The notes below the pieces were generated by a model that saw only the letters and a program-made list of their open reading frames with translations, searched no databases and was not told the origin of the DNA. From Aquificaceae bacterium (GTDB taxonomy: Bacteria > Aquificota > Aquificia > Aquificales > Aquificaceae): a stretch of DNA of 64,000 bases. The translations under genes were made by a program, and so were the position numbers. The DNA lies in the NCBI GenBank assembly GCA_037925075.1, contig JAXSNR010000002.1, positions 640,001 through 704,000 of the forward strand, given 5' to 3'. This document shows, piece by piece, positions 1 to 8,854 of this stretch (the stretch's first letter is position 1; every line of letters starts with the position of its first letter).

Positions 1-473
1 CCTTCAATGTGAGAAGATTTTATATAAACACCGTTGAGGTTAAAGGTAAGACCTCCAATCTGTCTTTCCACTATAAGGTTTAGGTTTGCGGTGGTCTTGC
101 CATATCCTATGCCTTCCTTTCCCGTATCCAAGTTTAGCTGAAGCTTGTAGCCTACCTTCCAGTCTTCTCCTTCAAAGGGGATGTGCTTTATGAAAAGCCT
201 TAGGTCATCCGCTCTGCTTATGCTTTTGTCTCCTTCTCTGACCTTCACATAAGGTTGGATGACCGCAAGGTCCATATTCTTTGAAAGGCCCAATGTAAGC
301 TGAAAATCAAAGCTCTGCCTTTTGGCACCATCATAATATTTGAAATTGGCATAATTAGTCTCAAGTTGAAAATTGCCAAAACCTCCAAGGGTTCCACCAT
401 CTTCCGCTTCAAAAGGGAAAAAGGCAAAACAAAGGGAGGAACTAAGAAAAAGCAGGGCTAAAAGTCTTCTCAT
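1..473 (-). CDS. Exported protein, probable outer-membrane beta-barrel/transporter (partial, runs off the left edge)
   Basis: Not in the ORF track; translated by hand from ATG at 473: MRRLLALLFLSSSLCFAFFPFEAEDGGTLGGFGNFQLETNY..., a signal peptide followed by alternating aromatic/hydrophobic beta-strand patterns; frame stays open to the window edge; GGAG upstream. Confidence 0.65.
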   Translation of the reverse strand, partial: MRRLLALLFLSSSLCFAFFPFEAEDGGTLGGFGNFQLETNYANFKYYDGAKRQSFDFQLTLGLSKNMDLAVIQPYVKVREGDKSISRADDLRLFIKHIPFEGEDWKVGYKLQLNLDTGKEGIGYGKTTANLNLIVERQIGGLTFNLNGVYIKSSHIE

Positions 474-499
474 GGCTTACGCTCCTTTTAAATTGAATT

Positions 500-535
500 T
501 GATATTTTATATCATAATTTCTCTTCCCTTGTCAA
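500..535 (-). promoter_or_regulatory. Sigma70-like promoter (TTGACA-N18-TATAAA with TG extension) overlapped by the palindrome TGATATT-T-TATATCA
   Basis: TGTCAA at 530-535; palindrome at 500-514 overlapping the -10. Confidence 0.45.
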
Positions 536-568
536 GCCTTTTTATCAAAAGTGCTAAACTATATAGCC

Positions 569-1699
569 ATGTATGTGATGGACACTTACCGCAGGCTTCC
601 TGTGAGCTTTGTAAAGGGTGAGGGTGTGTACCTGTATGACCATGAGGGCAGGAGGTACCTTGACTTCCTTGCGGGTATTGCGGTAAATACCCTTGGATAC
701 GGAGATGATGAGCTTACAAAAGCCTTATGCGAGCAGGTAAGGAACCTTTTACATGTCTCCAACCTCTTTGAAAACCCGTGGCAAGAGGAGCTGGCAAGGG
801 AGCTGGTGGAAAGCTTTTGGACCTCTGGGAAGGTCTTTTTTTGCAACAGTGGAGCTGAGGCAAACGAAGGAGCCATAAAATTAGCAAGAAGGTATTTCTA
901 CGAGAGAGGGGAAAAGAGATACAGGATAATCACCTTTTATAACTCCTTTCATGGTAGGACCTTTGGAGCCATGTCCGCAACCGCTCAGGAGAAAATCCAA
1001 AAGGGCTTTGAGCCTCTTCTTGCAGGTTTTGACTATGCGGAGCTTAATAACTTTGATTCTGTGCTGAAGGCTCTTAAAAAGGAAACCGCAGGCATAATGC
1101 TTGAGGTAATACAGGGAGAGGGTGGAATAAGAGAGGCGGAAGAGGGGTTTCTTCAAAAGGTTCAAAGGCTGTGCCAAGAGGAAGGATTGATTTTGATAGT
1201 GGATGAGGTCCAGACGGGCATTGGAAGGACTGGAAGGTTCTACGCTTATGAGCACTATGGCATAAAGCCAGACATTATAAGCCTTGCCAAGGGGCTTGGT
1301 GGTGGTGTTCCCATAGGTGCGGTGCTTGCAAGGAAAGAGGTGGCTGAGGCTTTTAAGCCGGGCTCTCACGGCTCAACCTTTGGGGGAAACCCTCTTGCTT
1401 GCAGGGCGGGCATGGTGGTAGTCCGTAGGGTAAAGGGGCTTTTGCCTCAGGTTCAGAGGGTAGGAGAGTACTTCAAGAAAAAACTAAAAGAGTTGGGCGT
1501 GGGAGAGGTCAGAGGAAGGGGGCTTATGTTAGGGCTTGAGCTTGAAAGAAGCTGTTCTGAGACTGTGCAAAAGGCTTTGGAAAGGGGGCTTTTGATAAAC
1601 TGCACTTCAGAAAGGGTGCTGAGGTTTGTCCCACCTCTTGTCGTTGAAGAAAGACATGTGGATGAGGCAATTGGCATACTAAAGGAGATCCTTACTTAG
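569..1699 (+). CDS. argD: Acetylornithine aminotransferase
   Basis: Class III aminotransferase motifs NSGAEANE, SFHGRT, DEVQTG, AKGLGGG, HGSTFGGNPLAC; ATG at 569 preferred over GTG at 551. Confidence 0.92.
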   Translation: MYVMDTYRRLPVSFVKGEGVYLYDHEGRRYLDFLAGIAVNTLGYGDDELTKALCEQVRNLLHVSNLFENPWQEELARELVESFWTSGKVFFCNSGAEANEGAIKLARRYFYERGEKRYRIITFYNSFHGRTFGAMSATAQEKIQKGFEPLLAGFDYAELNNFDSVLKALKKETAGIMLEVIQGEGGIREAEEGFLQKVQRLCQEEGLILIVDEVQTGIGRTGRFYAYEHYGIKPDIISLAKGLGGGVPIGAVLARKEVAEAFKPGSHGSTFGGNPLACRAGMVVVRRVKGLLPQVQRVGEYFKKKLKELGVGEVRGRGLMLGLELERSCSETVQKALERGLLINCTSERVLRFVPPLVVEERHVDEAIGILKEILT

Positions 1700-1740
1700 T
1701 TGTATCCGCCATGTGTGAGTGTTATATTAATATGTGAGCT

Positions 1741-2058
1741 ATGGACTTCCCTGAGCTTTTGGTTATCCTTGCGGTGGCTTTTATCTTCCTTGGTCCCGAA
1801 AGGATGATGGAGGTTGCCACCAAGCTTGGTGAGTTTTTGCGAAAGGTAAGAGAAACATGGGATGAGCTTAGGTATCAGCTTTACATGGAAAGCATAAACA
1901 GGAAGATAATGGAAGAAAGCAAAGATGCAGTCCCTCAAGATGAAGAAGAGGCGTACCATTTAGTGCAAGAGGAGGTAAAAGAGGAAGATGGAGAAGCAGG
2001 AACTTCCCAAGATGCCACTGACGGAACATCTGAGGGAGCTAAGAAGCAGACTGATTAA
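1741..2058 (+). CDS. tatB: Twin-arginine translocase TatB/TatA-family subunit
   Basis: N-terminal TM with E...LGPERM motif, amphipathic helix and acidic tail; directly upstream of tatC. Confidence 0.8.
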   Translation: MDFPELLVILAVAFIFLGPERMMEVATKLGEFLRKVRETWDELRYQLYMESINRKIMEESKDAVPQDEEEAYHLVQEEVKEEDGEAGTSQDATDGTSEGAKKQTD

Positions 2059-2746
2059 GTCCATAGTCGCCTTCCTTGTGGGCACGGGCGTAGCCTTCTA
2101 CTTTGCAAGCTACATCTTTGAAGTCCTTAAAGAACCGGTAAAAAGGTCCTATCCAAAGGTTGAGCTTATAACCCTTTCTCCCACCGAACCCCTTTTTATA
2201 CTTTTGAAAATATCCGTAGTCTTTGGCTTTATACTCTCTTTGCCCGTGATACTCTTCCAGCTTTGGAGGTTTGTAGAGCCAGCTCTGTATCCCAATGAAA
2301 AGAGGCTTGTCCTTCCCCTTACCCTTTTTTCCATACTTCTTTTTCTTCTTGGTGGAGCCTTTTCATACTTTGTAGCCCTTCCTATGGCTTTGAGGTTTTT
2401 GCTTGGAATAGGGCTTTCTCAGCTTCAGGCTACCCCCTTTCTTTCCGTAAACTTGTACATCTCTTTTCTTCTGAAGATGATAGTGGGTTTTGGCATAGCC
2501 TTTGAGCTTCCAGTGCTTGTATTCCTTTTGCAAAGGTCAGGGCTTGTTACAGAAAAGCAGTTAAAGGCTTTTAGGAAGTACTTTATAGTGCTCGCCTTTG
2601 TTGCTGGTGCCCTTATAGCTCCAGACGTGACCACACAGGTACTTATGGCTGTACCCCTGATACTTCTGTATGAAGTATCCCTTCTTGTTGGAAAGCTTGC
2701 AAAGGGCAAGCGTAAGGAAACCGCCATAGAGGTCACTCAAGGATGA
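1988..2746 (+). CDS. tatC: Twin-arginine translocase subunit TatC
   Basis: MPLTEHLRELRSRL, QLWRFVEPALY, FELP, APD motifs; multiple TM helices. Confidence 0.96.
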   Translation: MEKQELPKMPLTEHLRELRSRLIKSIVAFLVGTGVAFYFASYIFEVLKEPVKRSYPKVELITLSPTEPLFILLKISVVFGFILSLPVILFQLWRFVEPALYPNEKRLVLPLTLFSILLFLLGGAFSYFVALPMALRFLLGIGLSQLQATPFLSVNLYISFLLKMIVGFGIAFELPVLVFLLQRSGLVTEKQLKAFRKYFIVLAFVAGALIAPDVTTQVLMAVPLILLYEVSLLVGKLAKGKRKETAIEVTQG

Positions 2747-3687
2747 GGGTTTTGCTAACGGGTGCGACGGGCTTTGTGGGAAGGTATATAGTCAAAAGGC
2801 TTTTGGAAGAGGGCTTTACGGTAGGCTGTTTGGTCAGAGATGTGGGAAAGTTGGAAAGGCTCTTTAGAGACAAGGTGGTACCTTACAGGGTAAGCCTTGA
2901 GGACCGCAAAGCTCTTGCAAAGACCTTTAAAGAGTTCAAACCCGACTACCTTATACACCTTGTGGGCATCCTTGTGGAGGACAAGAGAAGAAAGCAAACC
3001 TTCATGAGAGTTCATTACCTTTATTCAAAAACCCTCTACGAGGTTGCAAAAGACTACGGAAGGCTTAAGAAGGTGGTACATATGAGCTCTCTGTGTACCC
3101 ACAGGGACGCACCTTCTATGTACCATAGTACCAAGTACATGGCGGAAGAGGAGCTAAAAAGGTCAGGCTTAAACTACACCATATTAAGACCATCAATGAT
3201 ACTGGGACCAGAGCAAAAGCTTTTTTATGACCTTTGGAGTATGACCAAGTTTTTAAGGGTGTTTGCCCTGCCCGGTGGTGGAGGCTACCTTTTCCAACCT
3301 GTGGATGTGAGAGATGTCGCCTGTGCCTTTGTTAAGGCTCTAACTTTGGAGGAGAGTAACGGAAAAACCTACGAGCTATGCGGAAGCAAAAGGGTGAGCT
3401 TTAAAGAGCTTCTTGAGGGCATCTTTGACTTCTGGAAGAGAAGGGTTATCCTTTTGCCCGTGCCAAAGAGCCTTATGTATGTGGGTGGTCTTTTGGTGGA
3501 AAGACTTTTGCAACCCCCACCCTTTAGCTCAGACCAAATGCTGATGATGTGGAGGGATAACATATGTGGCTTGGACCAAGAGGTGGAAAGCGATGGCGTG
3601 AAGAAGCTTTGCGGAAAGGAGCCTGTAGCCTATGAGGAGTCTTTGAGGTGGAGTTTAGAGGAGTTTGGGAGGAAGATAAATGCCTGA
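2743..3687 (+). CDS. NAD(P)-binding epimerase/dehydratase-like protein (NDUFA9-like atypical SDR)
   Basis: TGATGFVG Rossmann motif, YHSTK (YxxxK), ILRPS, FQPVDVRDVA. Confidence 0.85.
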   Translation: MRVLLTGATGFVGRYIVKRLLEEGFTVGCLVRDVGKLERLFRDKVVPYRVSLEDRKALAKTFKEFKPDYLIHLVGILVEDKRRKQTFMRVHYLYSKTLYEVAKDYGRLKKVVHMSSLCTHRDAPSMYHSTKYMAEEELKRSGLNYTILRPSMILGPEQKLFYDLWSMTKFLRVFALPGGGGYLFQPVDVRDVACAFVKALTLEESNGKTYELCGSKRVSFKELLEGIFDFWKRRVILLPVPKSLMYVGGLLVERLLQPPPFSSDQMLMMWRDNICGLDQEVESDGVKKLCGKEPVAYEESLRWSLEEFGRKINA

Positions 3688-4612
3688 CCTTTCTGTGGAG
3701 CTTTTTGGCATAAGGTTTAAAAACCCCGTATGGGTAGCGTCTGGCACCTTTGGTTACGGCGTGGAAGCCATGGAGATATACGATGTTTCAAGGCTCGGTG
3801 CGGTGGTTACAAAGGGCATATCTCTAAAGCCAAGAGAGGGCAACGCCCCAGAAAGAATAGCGGAAACCCCTTGCGGAATGCTAAATTCCATAGGGCTTCA
3901 AAACCCCGGAGTGGAGGGATTTCTCAAAAAGGTATATCCACTGATTAAAAACATAGACACCCATTTTATAGCCAACGTGTTTGGTGAGACGGAGGAGGAG
4001 TATGTGGAAGTATGCCTTGCCCTTGAAGAGGCTGAGAAGGTGGTCGCTTACGAGCTTAATGTGTCCTGCCCTAATGTGAAAAAGGGGGGTATGCTCTTTG
4101 GACACGACCCTGTGGTCCTTGGAAGGCTCGTAGAAAGGGTAAAGTCAAGGGTTAAAAAGCCTGTGCTTGTAAAACTCTCTCCAAACACAGGAGACATAAA
4201 AGGTTTTGCCAAAGTTTGCATAGAAGCGGGTGCGGATGGGCTTGTGCTTATAAACACCCTTTTGGGAATGAAGATAGATACAAAAAGTCAAAAGCCTGAG
4301 CTTTCTACCCTTATGGGAGGGCTTTCAGGTCCCGCCATACTTCCCATAGCGGTTAGGATGGTATGGGAGGTTTTTTCCCAGTTTGGCTTTTCTGTACCTA
4401 TTGTGGGTGTGGGAGGTATATACGATACTGACTCCGCGCTTCAACATATTTTGGCTGGTGCGGTATGCATACAGGTGGGCACCGCCAACTTTTTTGACCC
4501 CTACGCACCTTTAAAGATAGTAGAGGGTATAGAAGGCTATATGAGGGAAAGGTCTGTGGAGAGGTTTACCGACCTTGTGGGTAGGGCTCACAGGCTTGTG
4601 GTACGTTCCTAA
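3680..4612 (+). CDS. pyrD: Dihydroorotate dehydrogenase, class 1B catalytic subunit
   Basis: ASGTFGYG, NSIGLQNPG, ELNVSCPN, KLSPN, GGLSGPAI. Confidence 0.95.
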   Translation: MPDLSVELFGIRFKNPVWVASGTFGYGVEAMEIYDVSRLGAVVTKGISLKPREGNAPERIAETPCGMLNSIGLQNPGVEGFLKKVYPLIKNIDTHFIANVFGETEEEYVEVCLALEEAEKVVAYELNVSCPNVKKGGMLFGHDPVVLGRLVERVKSRVKKPVLVKLSPNTGDIKGFAKVCIEAGADGLVLINTLLGMKIDTKSQKPELSTLMGGLSGPAILPIAVRMVWEVFSQFGFSVPIVGVGGIYDTDSALQHILAGAVCIQVGTANFFDPYAPLKIVEGIEGYMRERSVERFTDLVGRAHRLVVRS

Positions 4613-5710
4613 GCCCTTCCACAACTCTAAAGAGGATAAGGTATAAGGGTAGCATGGCATCCCAGAAGAAGGTAAAGACCGCACCCACAAGGTGGAAGCC
4701 AAGAGGAAGTAAAAGGGACATGAGAAGCAAGTCCTCTTTACCCCTTAGCCTAAAGCCTGCCAAAAACCTAAAATAGGACCAGTAGACCCAAAGTACAGCC
4801 AAAAGGCCTAAAAGCCCCTTCTCAATAAACTCGGAAAGCAAGAAGACAGACTCATAAACACCACCCACAGGGCTTTTTGGCTCAAGGTAGTAGCCTGAGT
4901 TTATGCCATGGCCTATGGCAAGGGCAAGCCAGTTTCTTTCTTGGATGTCCTTTTTTATAACTTCTATACCAGCCTTTGCTATCTCCCAACGGTAGCTGGA
5001 GATGATGTTCAGAGTCTCATCGTTTACAGCTTTTTTTCCAGTTATAAGCTCGTATAAGGCTTTGTATCTTGGGTCCTTATCCAAAAGTATCGCACTACTA
5101 ACTGTGAAGCCCAAAAGCAAGCTAAGTATAATGCCCCAGAAGGCTTTTTTAGAGAAGCTTCTGCCAACAAGGAGAGCAAAGACCAGAAGGGCAAAGGCAA
5201 GCCCAAGCATGCTGGACCTTCTCATGGTAAAAAAGACCACACCTACAAACACAAAAAAAGGCAAAAGGTAATAGAACCTTTTTGAATAGAAGAAAAGGGA
5301 GAGGCTTGCGACCGCAAAGATACTGTAGAAGGCACCCACCTCAAACCATCCACCCCACAACATGGCAGGCTGGCCTGTTTTTATGTGCTTGTAAAAGACC
5401 ACAGGCAAAAGAAACAAGCCAGAAAAAATAAGAAAGAGGTTAAACCTGTAGAGAATACTTTGGTCTATCTTTGTTAGGCCACCACAGCAGTAAGCAAGCA
5501 GAAAGGCCCCCCTTTCTATCGCCTTACCTATCTGTGAGATGTGAAAAAGGACTGTGGAAGAAAGCACCACCACCGCATGCAAGCTCAATGGCAAAAGTAG
5601 CCTTCCCTTACACCTAAGGCCTTGTACGCCAGATATAAAAGCAAAAGGACCACAAAGGCTTCAAAGACGCTTATGGAAAGCAGGGCTATGGCAAAAAGGG
5701 CTATAATCAT
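4566..5710 (-). pseudogene. O-antigen ligase/polymerase (WaaL/Wzy-like) membrane protein with an apparent frameshift near the 5' end
   Basis: Main ORF 4566-5594 is polytopic with TMRRSSMLG, RWEI, IGHG and E-x-G-L-L-G motifs; a hydrophobic 41-codon N-terminal piece (ATG 5710 to TGA 5585) lies in another frame. Confidence 0.6.
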
Positions 5711-5734
5711 GATAGGCTTTATAATTATAAAAGA

Positions 5735-5822
5735 GGCGAGGTGCCGGAGTGGACGAACGGGGCGGTCTCGAAAATCGCTGTGGGTTTACAGCCCACCGGG
5801 GGTTCGAATCCCTCCCTCGCCG
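5735..5822 (+). tRNA. tRNA-Ser (anticodon CGA), long variable arm, CCA not encoded
   Basis: Acceptor stem GGCGAGG/CCTCGCC, anticodon arm GCGGT-CTCGAAA-ATCGC, variable arm GTGGG..CCCAC, T-loop GGTTCGAATCC, discriminator G. Confidence 0.96.
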
Positions 5823-5834
5823 TAGGAGAAGGTT

Positions 5835-6410
5835 ATGAGCTACATTGTGAGAGAGTTAAAGCCTACCTTTGAAAGGCTGATGGAGCCTTTTCTTGCCTTT
5901 TTACAAAGGCTTGGTGCGACACCAAACTTGATAACCTTTACAGGGCTTTTTCTTGTGTTTTTAGGTTCCCTTTCTCTTTACTTTGGATACCTACTTTTGA
6001 GCTTTTTTCTTCTTCTTTTGGGAGCCCTTTCCGATGCCTTGGATGGAAGCCTTGCCAGAAGACTTGGTAAAAACTCGGATTTTGGAGCCTTTCTTGACTC
6101 TTTACTTGACAGGGTGTCCGATGCTTTACCTTTTATAGCCATAGCCCTGTCTTCTGAAGAAAAGCTAACAGCTTTGTTTGCCCTAATGGCTATGCTCTTT
6201 TCCTTTACGGTTAGCTATTCAAGGGCAAGGGCTGAAGGATTGGGTTATGAGTTAAAGGTTGGTACCTTTGAAAGACCAGAAAGGTGGTTTGTGCTTTTGA
6301 CAGGCATAGCCCTTGACCTTGTTTTCCCTGCGTTGGTTCTAATAGCCTTGGGTTCTTTGATAACCACTATGCAGAGAGCTTATATTTTTAGAAAACTCAC
6401 AAGGAGGTAA
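5835..6410 (+). CDS. CDP-alcohol phosphatidyltransferase (phosphatidylinositol-phosphate synthase-like)
   Basis: TPNLIT and DxxDGxxARx7GxxxDxxxD signature; SYSRARAEGLG...ERPER typical of the PIP/AIP synthase subgroup. Confidence 0.85.
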   Translation: MSYIVRELKPTFERLMEPFLAFLQRLGATPNLITFTGLFLVFLGSLSLYFGYLLLSFFLLLLGALSDALDGSLARRLGKNSDFGAFLDSLLDRVSDALPFIAIALSSEEKLTALFALMAMLFSFTVSYSRARAEGLGYELKVGTFERPERWFVLLTGIALDLVFPALVLIALGSLITTMQRAYIFRKLTRR

Positions 6411-6413
6411 AAG

Positions 6414-6848
6414 ATGCTTCCAAAGGACCTTATAGACCTTATGCGTAATCTGGGGGTTTTCCCTGCGGTGCTTGCCACCTCCGACAAGGAAGGTAATATA
6501 CATTTAACCTTTATCACATGGGTTTACCCTGTTGATGAAAGAACTGTAAGAGTTGCCCTAAGCTCCAATTCAAAAAGCTCCAAGAACATGCAACAGTCTG
6601 GACAGGCATGTTTAATGCTTATAGCTCAGGACAAAGCACTTGCATGCTATGGGACCGCAAGCCTTGTGCAGGATAGGATAGAAGAGGTCAAGTTTCCAGT
6701 CTCCGTGTTTGAAATCAAGATAAACAGCGTGGAGAACACCCTCTTTCCCGGTGGCACCATAACGGGCACCATACCCTTTATGCATACGGGAGACCTACAA
6801 AGAGCTGGAGAACTTGACCAGCTTGTACTTGATGCCCTAAGGCTTTGA
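6414..6848 (+). CDS. Pyridoxamine 5'-phosphate oxidase-like FMN-binding split-barrel protein
   Basis: AVLATSDKEGNIH...S.SSKNM pattern; 144 aa. Confidence 0.65.
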   Translation: MLPKDLIDLMRNLGVFPAVLATSDKEGNIHLTFITWVYPVDERTVRVALSSNSKSSKNMQQSGQACLMLIAQDKALACYGTASLVQDRIEEVKFPVSVFEIKINSVENTLFPGGTITGTIPFMHTGDLQRAGELDQLVLDALRL

Positions 6849-7612
6849 TGAAAAGCGTAGTTTCAGTGAAGGACTTAAGCCTTGAACTGAACGGAAGGCC
6901 CATCCTAAAAAGGGTTAGCTTTGAGGTGTACGAAGGTGAGGTTTTCACCGTACTGGGTGGAAGTGGAAGCGGTAAGACCACCATTACCAAGTGTTTGGTT
7001 GGTCTTTTAAAGGCAACCGATGGAAAGATAGAAGTCTTTGGTAAAGATGTGGCAACATTAAAGCAGATGGAACTGGACGATTTGAGGAATAACATAGGCT
7101 ACGTTTTTCAGGGAGCTGCCCTCTTTGATAGCCTTACCGTTTGGGAGAATGTAGTTTTTTATCACTTGGAGCATGGAAACTACAGAGAGGAAGAGCTTAG
7201 GTCCCTTGCCTTAAAGTATCTAAGTATGGTGGGCTTATCAGAAGAGCATCTTGACCTCTATCCCTCTGAACTTTCGGGAGGTATGAAGAAAAGGGTTGGG
7301 ATAGCAAGGGCTATAGCCACAGAGCCAAAGCTTATAATATACGATGAGCCCACCTCAGGGCTTGACCCTATAACCAGCAGGCTTATAGACGAGCTTATTT
7401 TTAGTCTTAGGGAAAAGACAGGCTCAACCGCCATAGTGGTATCCCACGACCTTGTATCCGCCTTTTCCATATCGGACAGGATCATGATAATCAAGGATGG
7501 GCAAGTGGTCCAGATAGGCACAAGGGAAGAGATAATGAACTCTCATGTACCCTTTGTGAGGGAGTTTATAAAAAAGGGTCTTGGAGACCTTTATGAGGTA
7601 AGGAAAGCCTGA
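6848..7612 (+). CDS. ABC transporter ATP-binding protein (MlaF/Ttg2A-like)
   Basis: GGSGSGKT, FQGAALFDSLTV, LSGGMKKRVGIARA, YDEPTSGLDPI. Confidence 0.88.
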   Translation: MKSVVSVKDLSLELNGRPILKRVSFEVYEGEVFTVLGGSGSGKTTITKCLVGLLKATDGKIEVFGKDVATLKQMELDDLRNNIGYVFQGAALFDSLTVWENVVFYHLEHGNYREEELRSLALKYLSMVGLSEEHLDLYPSELSGGMKKRVGIARAIATEPKLIIYDEPTSGLDPITSRLIDELIFSLREKTGSTAIVVSHDLVSAFSISDRIMIIKDGQVVQIGTREEIMNSHVPFVREFIKKGLGDLYEVRKA

Positions 7613-8784
7613 CCCAAGTATCTTCTTATAACTGGATAGCTGTTAAGCACACCCTTTGAAAAGAGAAACTGGAAAAGATGGTTGCTACCTATGTAGAAGG
7701 AAGCCGCGGAGGCGGTAAGATAAAGCTCCCACATCCTGAAAAACTCCTCTCCATACCTGCTTATTACCCAGTCCTTAACACCCAAAAACCTTTTTTTCCA
7801 TTCTTTGAGAGTGAAATAGTAGTGTAGCCTCCAATCGTCTATGTCTATAAGGTTAAAGCCAAGCCCTTCCGAAGCCCTGAGTACCTCTTCTATAGAGGGC
7901 AGGTATCCGCCCGGAAATATGTACTTTCTTATCCATCTACTTTGGCTTGAGGGATGGACCTTTCCTATAGTATGAAGGAGGAAAAGCCCACCTTCTTCAA
8001 TTACCTGATTTACCACTCGGAAAAATCTTCTGTGCCTTCCCTTTCCCACATGCTCAAACATGCCCACAGAAACCACCTTGTTAAACCTTTTGCCAAGCTT
8101 TGGCAGGTCCTCGTAGTGTATAAGATACACCTCAGCCATACCTTCCAAACCAAGGCTTTTTATCCTTCCCTTTACAAACTCATACTGATTCTTAGACAGA
8201 GTTATGCCCACAGAGTGGACTCCATACTGCGAGGCGGTTTCAAGTATTATAGAACCCCATCCACAGCCAATGTCCAAGAGTCTGTCCCCGCTTTTTAGTT
8301 GGAGTTTTTCGTATATGACCCTTCTCTTTTCGCTCTGTGCCTCCTCAAGGCTCATATTTGGTTCCAAAAAGAAGGCACAGGAGTAAGTAATTGACCTGTC
8401 AAGCCAAAGCTGGTAAAACTCGTTTCCCAAATCGTAATGTTTCCTTACCTCCTTACCTTCAAGCCTTTTTATAAGCCCCAAACCCTTTAAAAGCCCTCTC
8501 ATAAGGTTCATAAGGATACCTCTAAAGCCCTCCTTATCCTCCAAACCTGCATACTTCATGCACGCCATAAGAACTTTCTCCAAATCACCCTCAATCACTA
8601 TATCACCCCTCATGTAAGCTTCACAAAAGCCCATCTCAGGGTCCTTTAAAACTTCTTTTAAAGCATCCTTTTTAAAGACCCTTATCCTGTGAAGCCCCTC
8701 TCCAATGCAAATTCCATTGGGTAGCTCAAGGCATAAGCCCTCATCAAACCCTTCGTTTATTTTCGTTATGATTTTCTCTACCAT
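7591..8784 (-). CDS. cfa: Cyclopropane-fatty-acyl-phospholipid synthase family methyltransferase
   Basis: HYDLGNEFY, YSCAFF, LDIGCGWG, SVGMFEHVG, YIFPGG, RMWELYL. Confidence 0.92.
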   Translation of the reverse strand: MVEKIITKINEGFDEGLCLELPNGICIGEGLHRIRVFKKDALKEVLKDPEMGFCEAYMRGDIVIEGDLEKVLMACMKYAGLEDKEGFRGILMNLMRGLLKGLGLIKRLEGKEVRKHYDLGNEFYQLWLDRSITYSCAFFLEPNMSLEEAQSEKRRVIYEKLQLKSGDRLLDIGCGWGSIILETASQYGVHSVGITLSKNQYEFVKGRIKSLGLEGMAEVYLIHYEDLPKLGKRFNKVVSVGMFEHVGKGRHRRFFRVVNQVIEEGGLFLLHTIGKVHPSSQSRWIRKYIFPGGYLPSIEEVLRASEGLGFNLIDIDDWRLHYYFTLKEWKKRFLGVKDWVISRYGEEFFRMWELYLTASAASFYIGSNHLFQFLFSKGVLNSYPVIRRYLGQAFLTS

Positions 8785-8854
8785 TTGATAACCCTCCTCA
8801 CTTTGTATAGTATAAATATAACCCTCTTATTACCAAGGCTGTATATAATTAAAT

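Noticed and set aside
5622..5825. 67-aa ORF over tRNA-Ser (also the 68-aa ORF over tRNA-Gln)
   Set aside because: Spurious translations of tRNA genes.
5735..5835. tRNA-Ser (and tRNA-Gln) as island integration sites
   Set aside because: No duplicated tRNA 3' end or integrase noticed; flanking genes are housekeeping.
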